From assembly GCA_963666115.2 (NCBI GenBank), contig CAXXET010000008.1, positions 1 to 64,000 of the forward strand: a stretch of 64,000 bases of DNA, written 5' to 3'. The stretch is from Dehalococcoidia bacterium (GTDB lineage: Bacteria > Chloroflexota > Dehalococcoidia > UBA6926). How positions within the stretch are numbered: position 1 is the stretch's first letter; the number at the start of each line of letters is the position of its first letter. This document shows, piece by piece, positions 43,295-52,226 of the stretch. Under the pieces are notes generated by a model. That model was not told the origin of the DNA. It ran no database searches and saw only the letters and a list, made by a program, of their open reading frames with translations. The translations under genes and the position numbers were made by a program.

Positions 43295-43363
43295 CTCATC
43301 TCACCAGACAGCCATCTCGAGCGGGTGGGTGGCTCCGCGTGGGCGAAGGTGGGGCTAGGATAG
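43295..43363 (+). pseudogene. Remnant 3' end of a vapC gene
   Basis: LISPDSHLERVGGSAWAKVGLG* aligns ungapped (13/22 aa) to LISADRHFEEVDGLAWARVGAT* at 42346-42414. Confidence 0.75.
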
Positions 43364-43381
43364 CCAATCGGGTCACCGACC

Positions 43382-44371
43382 TTACTGAGTCCTAATGAAC
43401 TCTATGCAACTATGACAGAACCGTTCCTCTTCTCCATTCTTAGCAAATCCGGTCGGTTCGTCACAGCGGAGACAATACAGCAGCCGCTCACCATACTCTC
43501 CGCAAAAGGAGCACATATAAATCCTCTCTTCACCACTCTGACCTGGCAAATGGACTATCAAGCCCTCCTCGCATTCCTCACACCAAGGTAGTCCTCCGTT
43601 CTCATCTGACGTCTTCCAATCAATATCAGCGGCGTTATGAATTGCCAGGGTTATGGGATTAGGAACTACCCCACAGAACTTACAATTCGTGTCGTCCGCG
43701 TCAATGACAACGGCATGTTGCCAGCACTCCGAGCATTCCCAAGTTCGGCTACCGATCAAGCCTCCCCGGATATTCTCCAAGCGGGCTTCAACAAACTCCT
43801 TATTCGTGCGCAAGTGGTTTAGTATTTTCGCCCATGTCGCTTCATTGCTGATGTTGCCTGGCAGTGAGTTGCCGTCATCTCGAAAGAAGGAATAGCAGAA
43901 GTCCAAGCACACTGCCAGTAGTGCCCTCACTTGCTCGATTCCCAGATCAGCCTTGTAGTGCCGTAATCGATTTCTAAGGTTTCTAATTTCGTTAAGGCGC
44001 TCTTCGCGTTCTGTACCTATCTGGATTCCCACTATATTCTTGAGTCGTTCAATGGCCATAGGAAGATCGACGGATCGGAAATCACCTTGGCGTAGCTTTG
44101 TTTGGCTAGCCCGATCAGTATCCGCAAAGAGCAGTGTCCAATGCTCTTTCTCCAGTCTCGCCTTAATCAGTAATTCTATGCCATCAACAAGATGTAATGC
44201 AGCATACTTCAAGTCTCGAGGCGTCCCCGCGTCAGCGTGTTCAGCAGCACTCAGTACGAAATCTAATCCGTTTTCCAATAGCCCTAATTGAAACTTCGGT
44301 TCTTGCTCCTCAATGGATGTCCCCTGCCTAGCATGCGAATCTTCGCTGTCACTTGAGTTCGAGTTTGCCAA
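43382..44371 (-). CDS. HEPN-like domain protein with six CxxC motifs
   Basis: Helical N-half with ELLIKARL and RNRLRH (RxxxxH); CSEC, CKFC, CEEC, CSFC, CLRC, CHSC; AT-richer. Start uncertain. Confidence 0.7.
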   Translation of the reverse strand: MANSNSSDSEDSHARQGTSIEEQEPKFQLGLLENGLDFVLSAAEHADAGTPRDLKYAALHLVDGIELLIKARLEKEHWTLLFADTDRASQTKLRQGDFRSVDLPMAIERLKNIVGIQIGTEREERLNEIRNLRNRLRHYKADLGIEQVRALLAVCLDFCYSFFRDDGNSLPGNISNEATWAKILNHLRTNKEFVEARLENIRGGLIGSRTWECSECWQHAVVIDADDTNCKFCGVVPNPITLAIHNAADIDWKTSDENGGLPWCEECEEGLIVHLPGQSGEERIYMCSFCGEYGERLLYCLRCDEPTGFAKNGEEERFCHSCIEFIRTQ

Positions 44372-44429
44372 TTCTGCCCTCTTTCGTACTGTCTCGTCTT
44401 CTGTGCTTCTCGTCTCGCCGCTCCTCTAC

Positions 44430-46682
44430 CTACCCACCCCTCCCCCGCAACCCCTCCAACACCCCCTCCGGGTGAATCGGAATCTCATAAGGCCGCACCC
44501 CCACCGCGTCATACACCGCGTTCGCGATAGCAGCCGCCGTCGTGATGTTCGAATGCTCTCCCACCGCCTTGATGTTGTAGTTGCCCCAGCCGCTCGGCGC
44601 TTCCACCAGGATCGTCTCCAGTTCCGGGATGTCCGGCTGCGTCGGCGCCTTATAGTCCGCCAGCGACGGGTTGGACACGCGCCCGGACTCATCCACCGTC
44701 AGGTCCTCCATCATCGCGTGCCCCAGCGCCTGCACCAGGCCGCCCTCCACCTGCCCGTGGAACCCAATCGGATTCAGCACGCGCCCCACGTCGTGAACCG
44801 CCGTCACCTTCTCCACCGTCACGTTGCCCGTGTCCGGATCGACGCTGACCTCCGCCACCTGCGCCACGAACGACGTCATCGGCGACATCATGTCCGGCCC
44901 GCCCTCCGGCGGCCTGTTGCGCCCTGAGATCGGCTCGCCGCGCCGCCGCGCGATGTCCTCCATCGGCACGCTTTCATCCGTGCGCGTGTTGACCAGAGAA
45001 CCGTTCGCGTACTCGACCACGGACTCGTCCCAACCGTTGAACTCCGCCGCCAGGCGCTTGAGCGTCGTCTTGACCTCCGTCGAGGCATCCGTCGCCGCCA
45101 TCGGGCCGACCCGTGACGCGCGTGAGCCGCCAAAGCCGAGATCAGGGACATCGTCGAAGAATTCGTCTGTGCTGAACGGCACGACGTTGATGCGCTCCAG
45201 TTCGACCTGCATCTCTTCCGCGACCGTCTGCCGGATGAGCGTGTTGACGCCGGTTCCAGGGTCGAAGAACGACGTGCGCGCGGTGAGCGTGCCGTCCTCG
45301 TTGACGATGACGGCGGCCTGCGTGTTCCCGCCGTACTGCGGGCGGTGGCCGTAGGCGATGCCGCGCCCGACGTTCGCGGGGCGCGGCTCCGCCATCTTGC
45401 CGGCGCGCGCCGCCTCCTCGATGATCTTGTCCGCGATGATGCCGGTGAACTGGTGGCCCGTCGGCGTCTCATCGCCCTCCCGCACCACGTTCTTCAGGCG
45501 GAACTCGACCGGGTCCATGCCCAGCTCCTCCGCGATGATGTCCATCATGGACTCGCCCGCGAAGATGCCCTGCACCTCGCCCGGCCCGCGCTGGAAGCCG
45601 CCAGGCACCGTGTTCGTCGCCACCTGCCACGTGTCGATGCGCGTGTTGGGGATGCGGTACGGCCCCGCCACCTCATTCGCCCCGGGCAGGCTGCCGCTCG
45701 GCGAATACGCGCGGTACGCCCCTGCGTTGAAATAGATATCGGACTCCCACGCCGTGATCGTCCCGTCGCGTTTCACGCCCACCTTGACGTTCACCTCGGA
45801 GCGGTGGCGCGGATTCATCGCCATCAACTCCTCCGAGTAGTCCATGGCGAACTTGACCGGGCGCCCCGTCTTCTCGGCCAGCGCATAGCAGATCGGCACG
45901 CCGACGATGTCGCCCTTGCCGCCGAAATCCCCGCCCACGTAGGCGAAATTGATGACGACCTGCGAAACGTCGCGCCCGGTCAGCGCCGCGATTGCCGCGC
46001 GGTTGGACATGGGCGACTTCGTCCCGATCCACGTCTGCACCGTGCCGTCGTCGTCGATGGCGACGACGCAGTTGTGCGGCTCAAGATAGAGTTGGTGCGT
46101 GCGGGACGTCTCGAAATCACGCTCGATGATCAGGTCGGCCTCCGCCATTCCCGCCTCAACATCCCCCTTGCTCCAGTTATTGTGGACGACGAGATTGGAG
46201 GGGCCGTCGAGTGGATCGGTGACGCCGCCGTAGCTGTTGAAATCAGGGTGGAGGATCGGGGCGTCCGGGGCGCGTCCCTCGGCGATAGTGACGACGGCAG
46301 GCAACTCCTCGTACTCCACCTCGATGAGCGTCAGCGCCGTGTCCGCCGTTTCCTCATCGTCCGCTGCAACCGCCGCCACCTTGTCGCCGATGTAGAGCGC
46401 GCGATCCCAGGCGATGATCGGTTCGTCCTGGATCGTCTTGCCCCACCGCTGCCCCTCCACGTCCTTGCCGGTAATGACCGCATGGACGCCGGGCAGCGCA
46501 AGCGCGGCAGACGCATCGATGGACACAATGCGGGCATGGGCATACGGAGAGCGCAGCGCCTTGCACCACAGCGTGCCCGGCGGAAGCACGTCTATAGAGT
46601 ACTTGCCCATGCCGGTCACCTTCTCCGGCCCATCCGCCCGCCCAACAGGCTGCCCAATAACGCGATGCTCTGTCGTTGCCAT
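44430..46682 (-). CDS. Xanthine dehydrogenase-family molybdopterin-binding subunit
   Basis: LRSPYAHARI, YLEPH, VGGDFGGK, QRGPG, GQVEGG, KAVGE. Confidence 0.92.
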   Translation of the reverse strand: MATTEHRVIGQPVGRADGPEKVTGMGKYSIDVLPPGTLWCKALRSPYAHARIVSIDASAALALPGVHAVITGKDVEGQRWGKTIQDEPIIAWDRALYIGDKVAAVAADDEETADTALTLIEVEYEELPAVVTIAEGRAPDAPILHPDFNSYGGVTDPLDGPSNLVVHNNWSKGDVEAGMAEADLIIERDFETSRTHQLYLEPHNCVVAIDDDGTVQTWIGTKSPMSNRAAIAALTGRDVSQVVINFAYVGGDFGGKGDIVGVPICYALAEKTGRPVKFAMDYSEELMAMNPRHRSEVNVKVGVKRDGTITAWESDIYFNAGAYRAYSPSGSLPGANEVAGPYRIPNTRIDTWQVATNTVPGGFQRGPGEVQGIFAGESMMDIIAEELGMDPVEFRLKNVVREGDETPTGHQFTGIIADKIIEEAARAGKMAEPRPANVGRGIAYGHRPQYGGNTQAAVIVNEDGTLTARTSFFDPGTGVNTLIRQTVAEEMQVELERINVVPFSTDEFFDDVPDLGFGGSRASRVGPMAATDASTEVKTTLKRLAAEFNGWDESVVEYANGSLVNTRTDESVPMEDIARRRGEPISGRNRPPEGGPDMMSPMTSFVAQVAEVSVDPDTGNVTVEKVTAVHDVGRVLNPIGFHGQVEGGLVQALGHAMMEDLTVDESGRVSNPSLADYKAPTQPDIPELETILVEAPSGWGNYNIKAVGEHSNITTAAAIANAVYDAVGVRPYEIPIHPEGVLEGLRGRGG

Positions 46683-46789
46683 GAACGTTGTCCCTTTCCT
46701 ACAGGGTTGTCACCCGCTAACTCCAATCTCCGCTGCGCCAATGTCCACCAAGTATAGCCCGCCCACCCGCCTACGATGTGTCCGAAGGG

Positions 46790-47329
46790 CTAGCCCGGCT
46801 TCTGGAACTTGGCATCGATCGCTCGCCGCTCGGCGTGGTCCATGCCCCACCACGTCGGCCAGTCCGTGTCGTCGCTCTCGGCAGGGAGGTCGCCCAGCAG
46901 GGCGGACGCGCGCCTCACGATGGCGGTGACAAGCCCCGAATCGTAGGCCGCGCCAAGACAGCCCTCATCGAGGCGATCCTGACGGATGAGCACGGTAATC
47001 ACGCGACTCAAATCCAACGGGCTTGCGCCCTCGATGGCCGATGCGTCACTCATCAGGCGTTGGCCCTCAGGCGTCCCCTTCCAGTCCACCCACTCAAACC
47101 CCTGCACCCAGCCGTTGTCGTTGCAGTACTCAAAGAAGTCGCGCCCCACGCGGGAGAGGCGGTACCACCTGCCGCGGCCCGGCTGATCCACCCACTCGCC
47201 GAACTCAAAGCCCGGCTGCCCAAAAGGACGCTCATATACCGCAAGCGCGTTCAGCCGCCTGGCGAGCGGCCCCGCGTCCGAAGCCCGCATCGCAATGTCT
47301 TTCCGCATCCGGTCTCGTTCGGTCGCCAT
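46790..47329 (-). CDS. Hypothetical protein, DUF6508-like
   Basis: FEWVDW...IRQDRLDEGCLGAAYDSGLVTAIVRR. Confidence 0.65.
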   Translation of the reverse strand: MATERDRMRKDIAMRASDAGPLARRLNALAVYERPFGQPGFEFGEWVDQPGRGRWYRLSRVGRDFFEYCNDNGWVQGFEWVDWKGTPEGQRLMSDASAIEGASPLDLSRVITVLIRQDRLDEGCLGAAYDSGLVTAIVRRASALLGDLPAESDDTDWPTWWGMDHAERRAIDAKFQKPG

Positions 47330-47444
47330 CCACGCACCCCCAAGTACTGTCTGCCACCCACGTTGAGCCGCACTCCACTACGATACGCCGTTGTGCCGCG
47401 CGAAACACGTTTGGACGCGGGGCGGGAACTGCTACCGTTATTTC

Positions 47445-48203
47445 GTGACTACGCCCGCGCATACGGATAGCAACAACGTCGCCGACGACCTGCCCCTGCT
47501 GCGGCAGTGGGCGGAGCGCGTCGGCGCGCCATTGACTGAGCGGCAACTCGATGCGTTCCGCATCTACCGGGGTGAGTTGCTGAACTGGAACGCCGCACGC
47601 GCCAACCTGACCGCGATTACGGACCCCACTGAGGTTGAATCACGCCTGTTCCTCGAAAGCCTCCTGTGCGCCGCCGCGCTGCCGTCGACAGCCGGCACGC
47701 GACTTATCGACGTCGGCTCCGGCGGCGGCTTCCCCGGCCTGCCCCTCGCGATCGCCTTCCCCGAACTGGACGTCACCCTGCTGGAGGCGACGGGCAAGAA
47801 GGTTGAGTTCCTAGAGCACGTGATTGAGCGTCTCGGGTTGGCGAACGCTCGCGCCGTCCATGCCCGCGCCGAGACCCTGGCACGCGACGATGACCACCGT
47901 GAGCAGTACGATGCCGCCACGGCCCGCGCCCTTGCCCCGCTGCGAACGCTGGCGGAGCTCTGCCTCCCGTTCGTTCGCGTCGGCGGCGCTCTCATCGCGC
48001 CGAAAGGCGCGGACGCGGAGCGAGAAATCCATGAGGCGGCGAACGCGCTGTCGGCGCTTGGCGGCGAGCCGGAGGGCATCATCTCGCCCGATCCGGATAC
48101 GCCCATTCCTCCCGATCATCGCATCGTAATCATCCGCAAGACCGCGCCGACGCCGGACGCATACCCCCGCCGCAACGGCGTGCCCGCGCGCAGGCCGCTG
48201 TAG
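47445..48203 (+). CDS. rsmG: 16S rRNA m7G527 methyltransferase
   Basis: NLTAI, IDVGSGGGFPGLPL, ARAE, TARAL, YPRRNG; start approximate. Confidence 0.94.
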   Translation: MTTPAHTDSNNVADDLPLLRQWAERVGAPLTERQLDAFRIYRGELLNWNAARANLTAITDPTEVESRLFLESLLCAAALPSTAGTRLIDVGSGGGFPGLPLAIAFPELDVTLLEATGKKVEFLEHVIERLGLANARAVHARAETLARDDDHREQYDAATARALAPLRTLAELCLPFVRVGGALIAPKGADAEREIHEAANALSALGGEPEGIISPDPDTPIPPDHRIVIIRKTAPTPDAYPRRNGVPARRPL

Positions 48204-48205
48204 CC

Positions 48206-49210
48206 GTGTCCCAGCCCGACAACATCAACTCCCGGCCCGGCGCGCTCCGCCGCCGCATCCTCCATCCGGCCACGCTCATCTCATTCGCCGTCGCCATCCT
48301 CCTGCTGGTTGCGCTGGCGCGAGGCGTGGACGTCAGTTTCGCGGACATGGCGCGAGCGATTGCCGATGCCAACCCGCTCCTGATCGCCGCCGCCCTTGTC
48401 ACGTACTATGTCAACTTCCCACTGCGCGGAATCCGGTGGCGGCTGATGGCGCTCAACGCGCAGGACGAGCCGAGGCCGCTGCCGTCCGCCGCCGCATTCA
48501 GCGAGACCGTCTTTCTTGGGTGGTTCGTCAACGCCATCTCCTGGTTCCGCATGGGCGACCCGTACCGCGCCTACGTGATCTCCCGCCAGCCGGACGGCGA
48601 GTCCTACCCGCGACTGCTCGGCACGGTCCTGGCCGAGCGGGTGGTGGACGCCGTAACCTTCGCCGGCATCCTGCTGCCCGTCGGCGCCCTCATCTGGGCG
48701 GACGCGGGCGGCGCGACGACGGCCGTCATCGGCCTCGCGGTCGCTCTTGGAGGAGGCGGCATCTTCCTGGTGACCTGGATGGCGCTCTTCGGAGACCGCC
48801 TCACAGGGAGGCTGCCCATCGCAATCCGCGAGTGGGTAGAGCGTCTGCGAATAGGCGCGCTCCTCAGCCTCAACGGCAGGCGATGGCGCATTTCCCTGCT
48901 AAGCATCGGGGCGTGGGCGGCAGAGGTCGGACGGCTATTGCTGGTCAGCTGGGCGCTCGGATTCGATATCCCGTTCCCGGTGATCGCCTTCGTCGCCCTC
49001 GCCCACAACCTGATCACCGCAATCCCCGCCACCCCAGGCGGCCTCGGCATCGCCGAAGCAGGCATGATAGGCCTCCTCCTCCCCTGGATGCCGCCGGAGG
49101 AGGCCGCCATCCTAACAGCCCTGGACCGAGCAATCTCCTGGCTAAGCGTAATCGCCCTAGGCGCCCTGCTAATAGCCTGGCGTGAAGGAGTCCGCCGGGG
49201 AAAGTACTAA
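48206..49210 (+). CDS. Lysylphosphatidylglycerol synthase-like TM (flippase-like) protein
   Basis: RGIRWR, RMGDPYRAY, ERVVD, PATPGGLGIAE. Confidence 0.85.
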   Translation: MSQPDNINSRPGALRRRILHPATLISFAVAILLLVALARGVDVSFADMARAIADANPLLIAAALVTYYVNFPLRGIRWRLMALNAQDEPRPLPSAAAFSETVFLGWFVNAISWFRMGDPYRAYVISRQPDGESYPRLLGTVLAERVVDAVTFAGILLPVGALIWADAGGATTAVIGLAVALGGGGIFLVTWMALFGDRLTGRLPIAIREWVERLRIGALLSLNGRRWRISLLSIGAWAAEVGRLLLVSWALGFDIPFPVIAFVALAHNLITAIPATPGGLGIAEAGMIGLLLPWMPPEEAAILTALDRAISWLSVIALGALLIAWREGVRRGKY

Positions 49211-49226
49211 AATGACCAGACCCATC

Positions 49227-49252
49227 CGTCATTCCCGCGAACGCGGGAATCT
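49227..49252. repeat. ATTCCC-N8-GGGAAT palindromic repeat, copy 2
   Basis: CGTCATTCCCGCGAACGCGGGAATCT between convergent genes. Confidence 0.75.
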
Positions 49253-49439
49253 AACCGCTGAGCCGCAGGACGGCGAACGTGATTGAGGACGCTATCACAG
49301 CCGACGCCAAGGCTGCGCTGAGCGTGACGCCTATCATCCACCCGATGAGGCGTGTTTCTATCCGGGCAAGGTCTTCCCTAGTCGGAAAGTGTTGGAACTC
49401 ACGACGCAGATCCTGCATCGTTATCGACTGATCTGCCAT
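49251..49439 (-). CDS. Small coiled-coil + C-terminal TM protein (DUF1640-like)
   Basis: 62 aa, PTREDLARIETRLIGWMIG; RBS GAGG. Confidence 0.6.
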   Translation of the reverse strand: MADQSITMQDLRREFQHFPTREDLARIETRLIGWMIGVTLSAALASAVIASSITFAVLRLSG

Positions 49440-49559
49440 CAATCTTCCTCGTGAACTCCTTGCCACCCTCATTCTGCCATAGAGGCACCTCGCGGAACTC
49501 TTCGCCGTCGCCCGCCCGTACCCGCTGGTCGCGCCGGTCACGGCAAGCGGCCCCACTCA

Positions 49560-51389
49560 TCAGTGATCAGCACCTACTTCACGCAAGAGGTCTTCCGGAT
49601 TCCAAATCAGGCCCGCCAATTGCTGGTACAACTTGCCCCGTTCCTCCATGTCCATTCGCTTGAACTCGCGGTGCGCCCGGAATGGCATATGATTCCGCTC
49701 AACGAAGTCGAGAAAGCCTGGATTGTTGGTGTACGCCAACTCGTGAAGCGAGCGAGCAAGCAAGTTCTGGGAGTTGTAGTGTGGCAGTTTCTCTTCGTAG
49801 GGCAGATCGCCGTAGCTCGCGTTGAACTGCTTCGGCAGGAGCAGGAGTCCACCCACCCGGTTTCGATACTCAGAGAAGTCTGCGGCGTGAGTGAACTCAT
49901 CTGCGTGGTATTCATGGCGATTAGCCCAGATATGCTCCACTTCATAGCGTGTCCTTCCCGTTGCGACATACTCGTGGTATCGCGAAGGCTGACCCGACTG
50001 TGTCTCAACGAAATCGGTCATGCGAGCCAAGAGGCGATGCAGGGCATAGCGGTTTTGCTGGTGAACCGTTAGCCGATCGTTGGAGACAAACGTTTCCTCC
50101 TCCCGGCCCAGACGTTCATACAAGTACTTGGCCAACTCTCTGGGCTCCAGCCCGCGTATGTCACGCATAACCAGAAACATGGCGTACTGCATGGTCGAAT
50201 AGGCGATCGATCTGAAGTTCCATATGCGCCACGCAATCAGGATATCGACGAAACGGGCAACCAGCCGCAGCTTGGTGCCGACTGTCTCCTCGTTGTCTCC
50301 GGTGCGCAGCGGGGCCAAGAGGAGCATGTCCTGCAAGGTGAACCCTTGTGCAGCGTTGTAATAGACGTGCTCCAGGCCGGAAACTAGTTTTTCCTGTGCC
50401 GCGCGGATCCGCAGGTATTGCTCGCTATAGAAAGCGAAATCGCGGCGGACAAAGTCGAAGAATCCGTCCTGTTGGCCCAGTCCGAGTCGTTCCTTCGTAT
50501 CATCCACCCACCGATGAAATTCAGTGCCGATTCGTTCAAAGTCTTGGGCGGAGGCGCCCTTTCGCCGCTCACGGATCGAGTTCGCAAACTGGCTCCGCAG
50601 CCACGCCTTGAAGAAGTCTGAGCCATGTTCGTCACCTTGCTCGCTCAGCACTTGGACGCGTCGCCGCCACAGTTCGTTCGCCTCCATACGTCGGCCTTGC
50701 TCCATGTTGGCAAGCAGGTAACCCTTCAGCATCTCCGTGGGGTTCAGCGAGAGTCCGCGATCATTCATTGTCTCGAAGATTGTGTACGCCTCTGCGTCGT
50801 CGTTCGCAGTGATCTCGACAAGGTCGACGTTATCGATCAACCAATCGATGAAGAAGGGTAGCGCTTCCTCCCGTAGCTCGTCGGGGAAATGCGATTCAAT
50901 ATCCTGATAGCGGTCATACAGGTTCGTAACCGATTCGTCTTGGTCGCTGGCATCGTAGCTTTCGCCGTCAAACAGCGCCCGCATGCAAGCTTCTCTCTCG
51001 GGAACATCCAAGAAGAAACTCTTTTTACCGAATTGCTCGGAGAAAATCAGGTGGTCGATGGAAACAGCATTATCTCGACCCTTCTGGAGCTTACGCAAGG
51101 CAATGAGAAGCAGTGTCAGAGTCGTTAGCCGCTGTTGCCCATCAACAATGAAGCTGTCGGTTCCTCGCTGGCTGATGATGACGGAACCAAGGAAGTAGCG
51201 GGGGAACTCCTTGACAGTTGTCCGAGGGATGCCGCTCTCATACTCCTCAAGGAACTTTTCGGTCAGATCGTTCAGTAACTCGCGGACCTGCTTCGCTTCC
51301 CAACGGTACTCGCGCTGGTAGTAGTCGATGGCGTATTTCACGCCCAGCAACTCTCGTACGCTCTTCCCTACTGCGCCAATCGGCCTCAT
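49560..51389 (-). CDS. GmrSD-family (DUF262 + DUF1524) type IV modification-dependent restriction nuclease
   Basis: YQREYRW, VDGQQRLTTL, IFETMNDRG, EVEHIW...GGLLLL...N. Confidence 0.9.
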   Translation of the reverse strand: MRPIGAVGKSVRELLGVKYAIDYYQREYRWEAKQVRELLNDLTEKFLEEYESGIPRTTVKEFPRYFLGSVIISQRGTDSFIVDGQQRLTTLTLLLIALRKLQKGRDNAVSIDHLIFSEQFGKKSFFLDVPEREACMRALFDGESYDASDQDESVTNLYDRYQDIESHFPDELREEALPFFIDWLIDNVDLVEITANDDAEAYTIFETMNDRGLSLNPTEMLKGYLLANMEQGRRMEANELWRRRVQVLSEQGDEHGSDFFKAWLRSQFANSIRERRKGASAQDFERIGTEFHRWVDDTKERLGLGQQDGFFDFVRRDFAFYSEQYLRIRAAQEKLVSGLEHVYYNAAQGFTLQDMLLLAPLRTGDNEETVGTKLRLVARFVDILIAWRIWNFRSIAYSTMQYAMFLVMRDIRGLEPRELAKYLYERLGREEETFVSNDRLTVHQQNRYALHRLLARMTDFVETQSGQPSRYHEYVATGRTRYEVEHIWANRHEYHADEFTHAADFSEYRNRVGGLLLLPKQFNASYGDLPYEEKLPHYNSQNLLARSLHELAYTNNPGFLDFVERNHMPFRAHREFKRMDMEERGKLYQQLAGLIWNPEDLLREVGADH

Positions 51390-51452
51390 CGTGACTCCCT
51401 AAAGTCGTGTCAGCAATCTCTCATCGTCCGCCTAGCATACACGCAGCCGCCC

Positions 51453-52220
51453 CTACGCCGTCACCCGCCTATACATGATCGTCGTCGCAGTCAGCGCAAC
51501 AATCGTCATCACGATCAGTATCGAAACCCCCGGCAGGATGTGCTCCCACTCCCAGCCCGTCACGACGACTGCGCGTATCGCCTCCAGCACGTAGTTCACG
51601 GGGTTGAGCGAGACCGCGATTTGGAACCAGCCCGCCATGAGTTCCTTTGGCATGAACGCGGTCGTCACGAAGACCGCCGGGATGAAGAAGATGAACATGG
51701 ATTGCGTGACCTGAACGCTCCGTGTCTTGATCGCGATTATCAGGCCCAAACACGACCACGCCACGCCGAATAGCGTCCCAAGTATCAGTATCGCAAGCAG
51801 GCCGAGCCACCCCGATTCCGACGACGCGCCCATGAGCAAGCCCGTGATGACGATTGTGATCCCCTGGATGAAGCCCCGCGTCGCCGACACGAGCAGAACG
51901 CCCAGCAGGATGGAGATGCGGTAGATCGGCGCGAGCAGCAGCTTGTTGAGGTAGCCGGACAGATCGTCAGTCAGCAGGTTGAAGCCGGCGTCGATCCCGC
52001 TGAAGATCATGGCCTGCACGATGATCATCGGCATCAGGTACGTGACGTAGCTGTCGGTAGGAAACCCCGGCAGCATGGAGACGTTGTCGAACGCCGCCAC
52101 GAAGACGACCATGAAGAGGATGTTGATGGAGACGGCGGGCAGTATCTGGCCCGGCTGCGTAACCCACGCGCGGAAATTGCGCAGGTAGATATACCAGGTC
52201 TGGAGCGTAAGGCTGATCAC
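51453..52220 (-). CDS. ABC-2 type exporter permease
   Basis: About 6 TM, GYLNKLLLAP, LNPVNY. Confidence 0.9.
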   Translation of the reverse strand: MISLTLQTWYIYLRNFRAWVTQPGQILPAVSINILFMVVFVAAFDNVSMLPGFPTDSYVTYLMPMIIVQAMIFSGIDAGFNLLTDDLSGYLNKLLLAPIYRISILLGVLLVSATRGFIQGITIVITGLLMGASSESGWLGLLAILILGTLFGVAWSCLGLIIAIKTRSVQVTQSMFIFFIPAVFVTTAFMPKELMAGWFQIAVSLNPVNYVLEAIRAVVVTGWEWEHILPGVSILIVMTIVALTATTIMYRRVTA

Positions 52221-52226
52221 GTTCGT

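Noticed and set aside
44430-46682. Aerobic CO dehydrogenase CoxL
   Set aside because: Lacks the AYxCSFR (form I) and AYxGAGR (form II) loops and has no coxMS neighbours.
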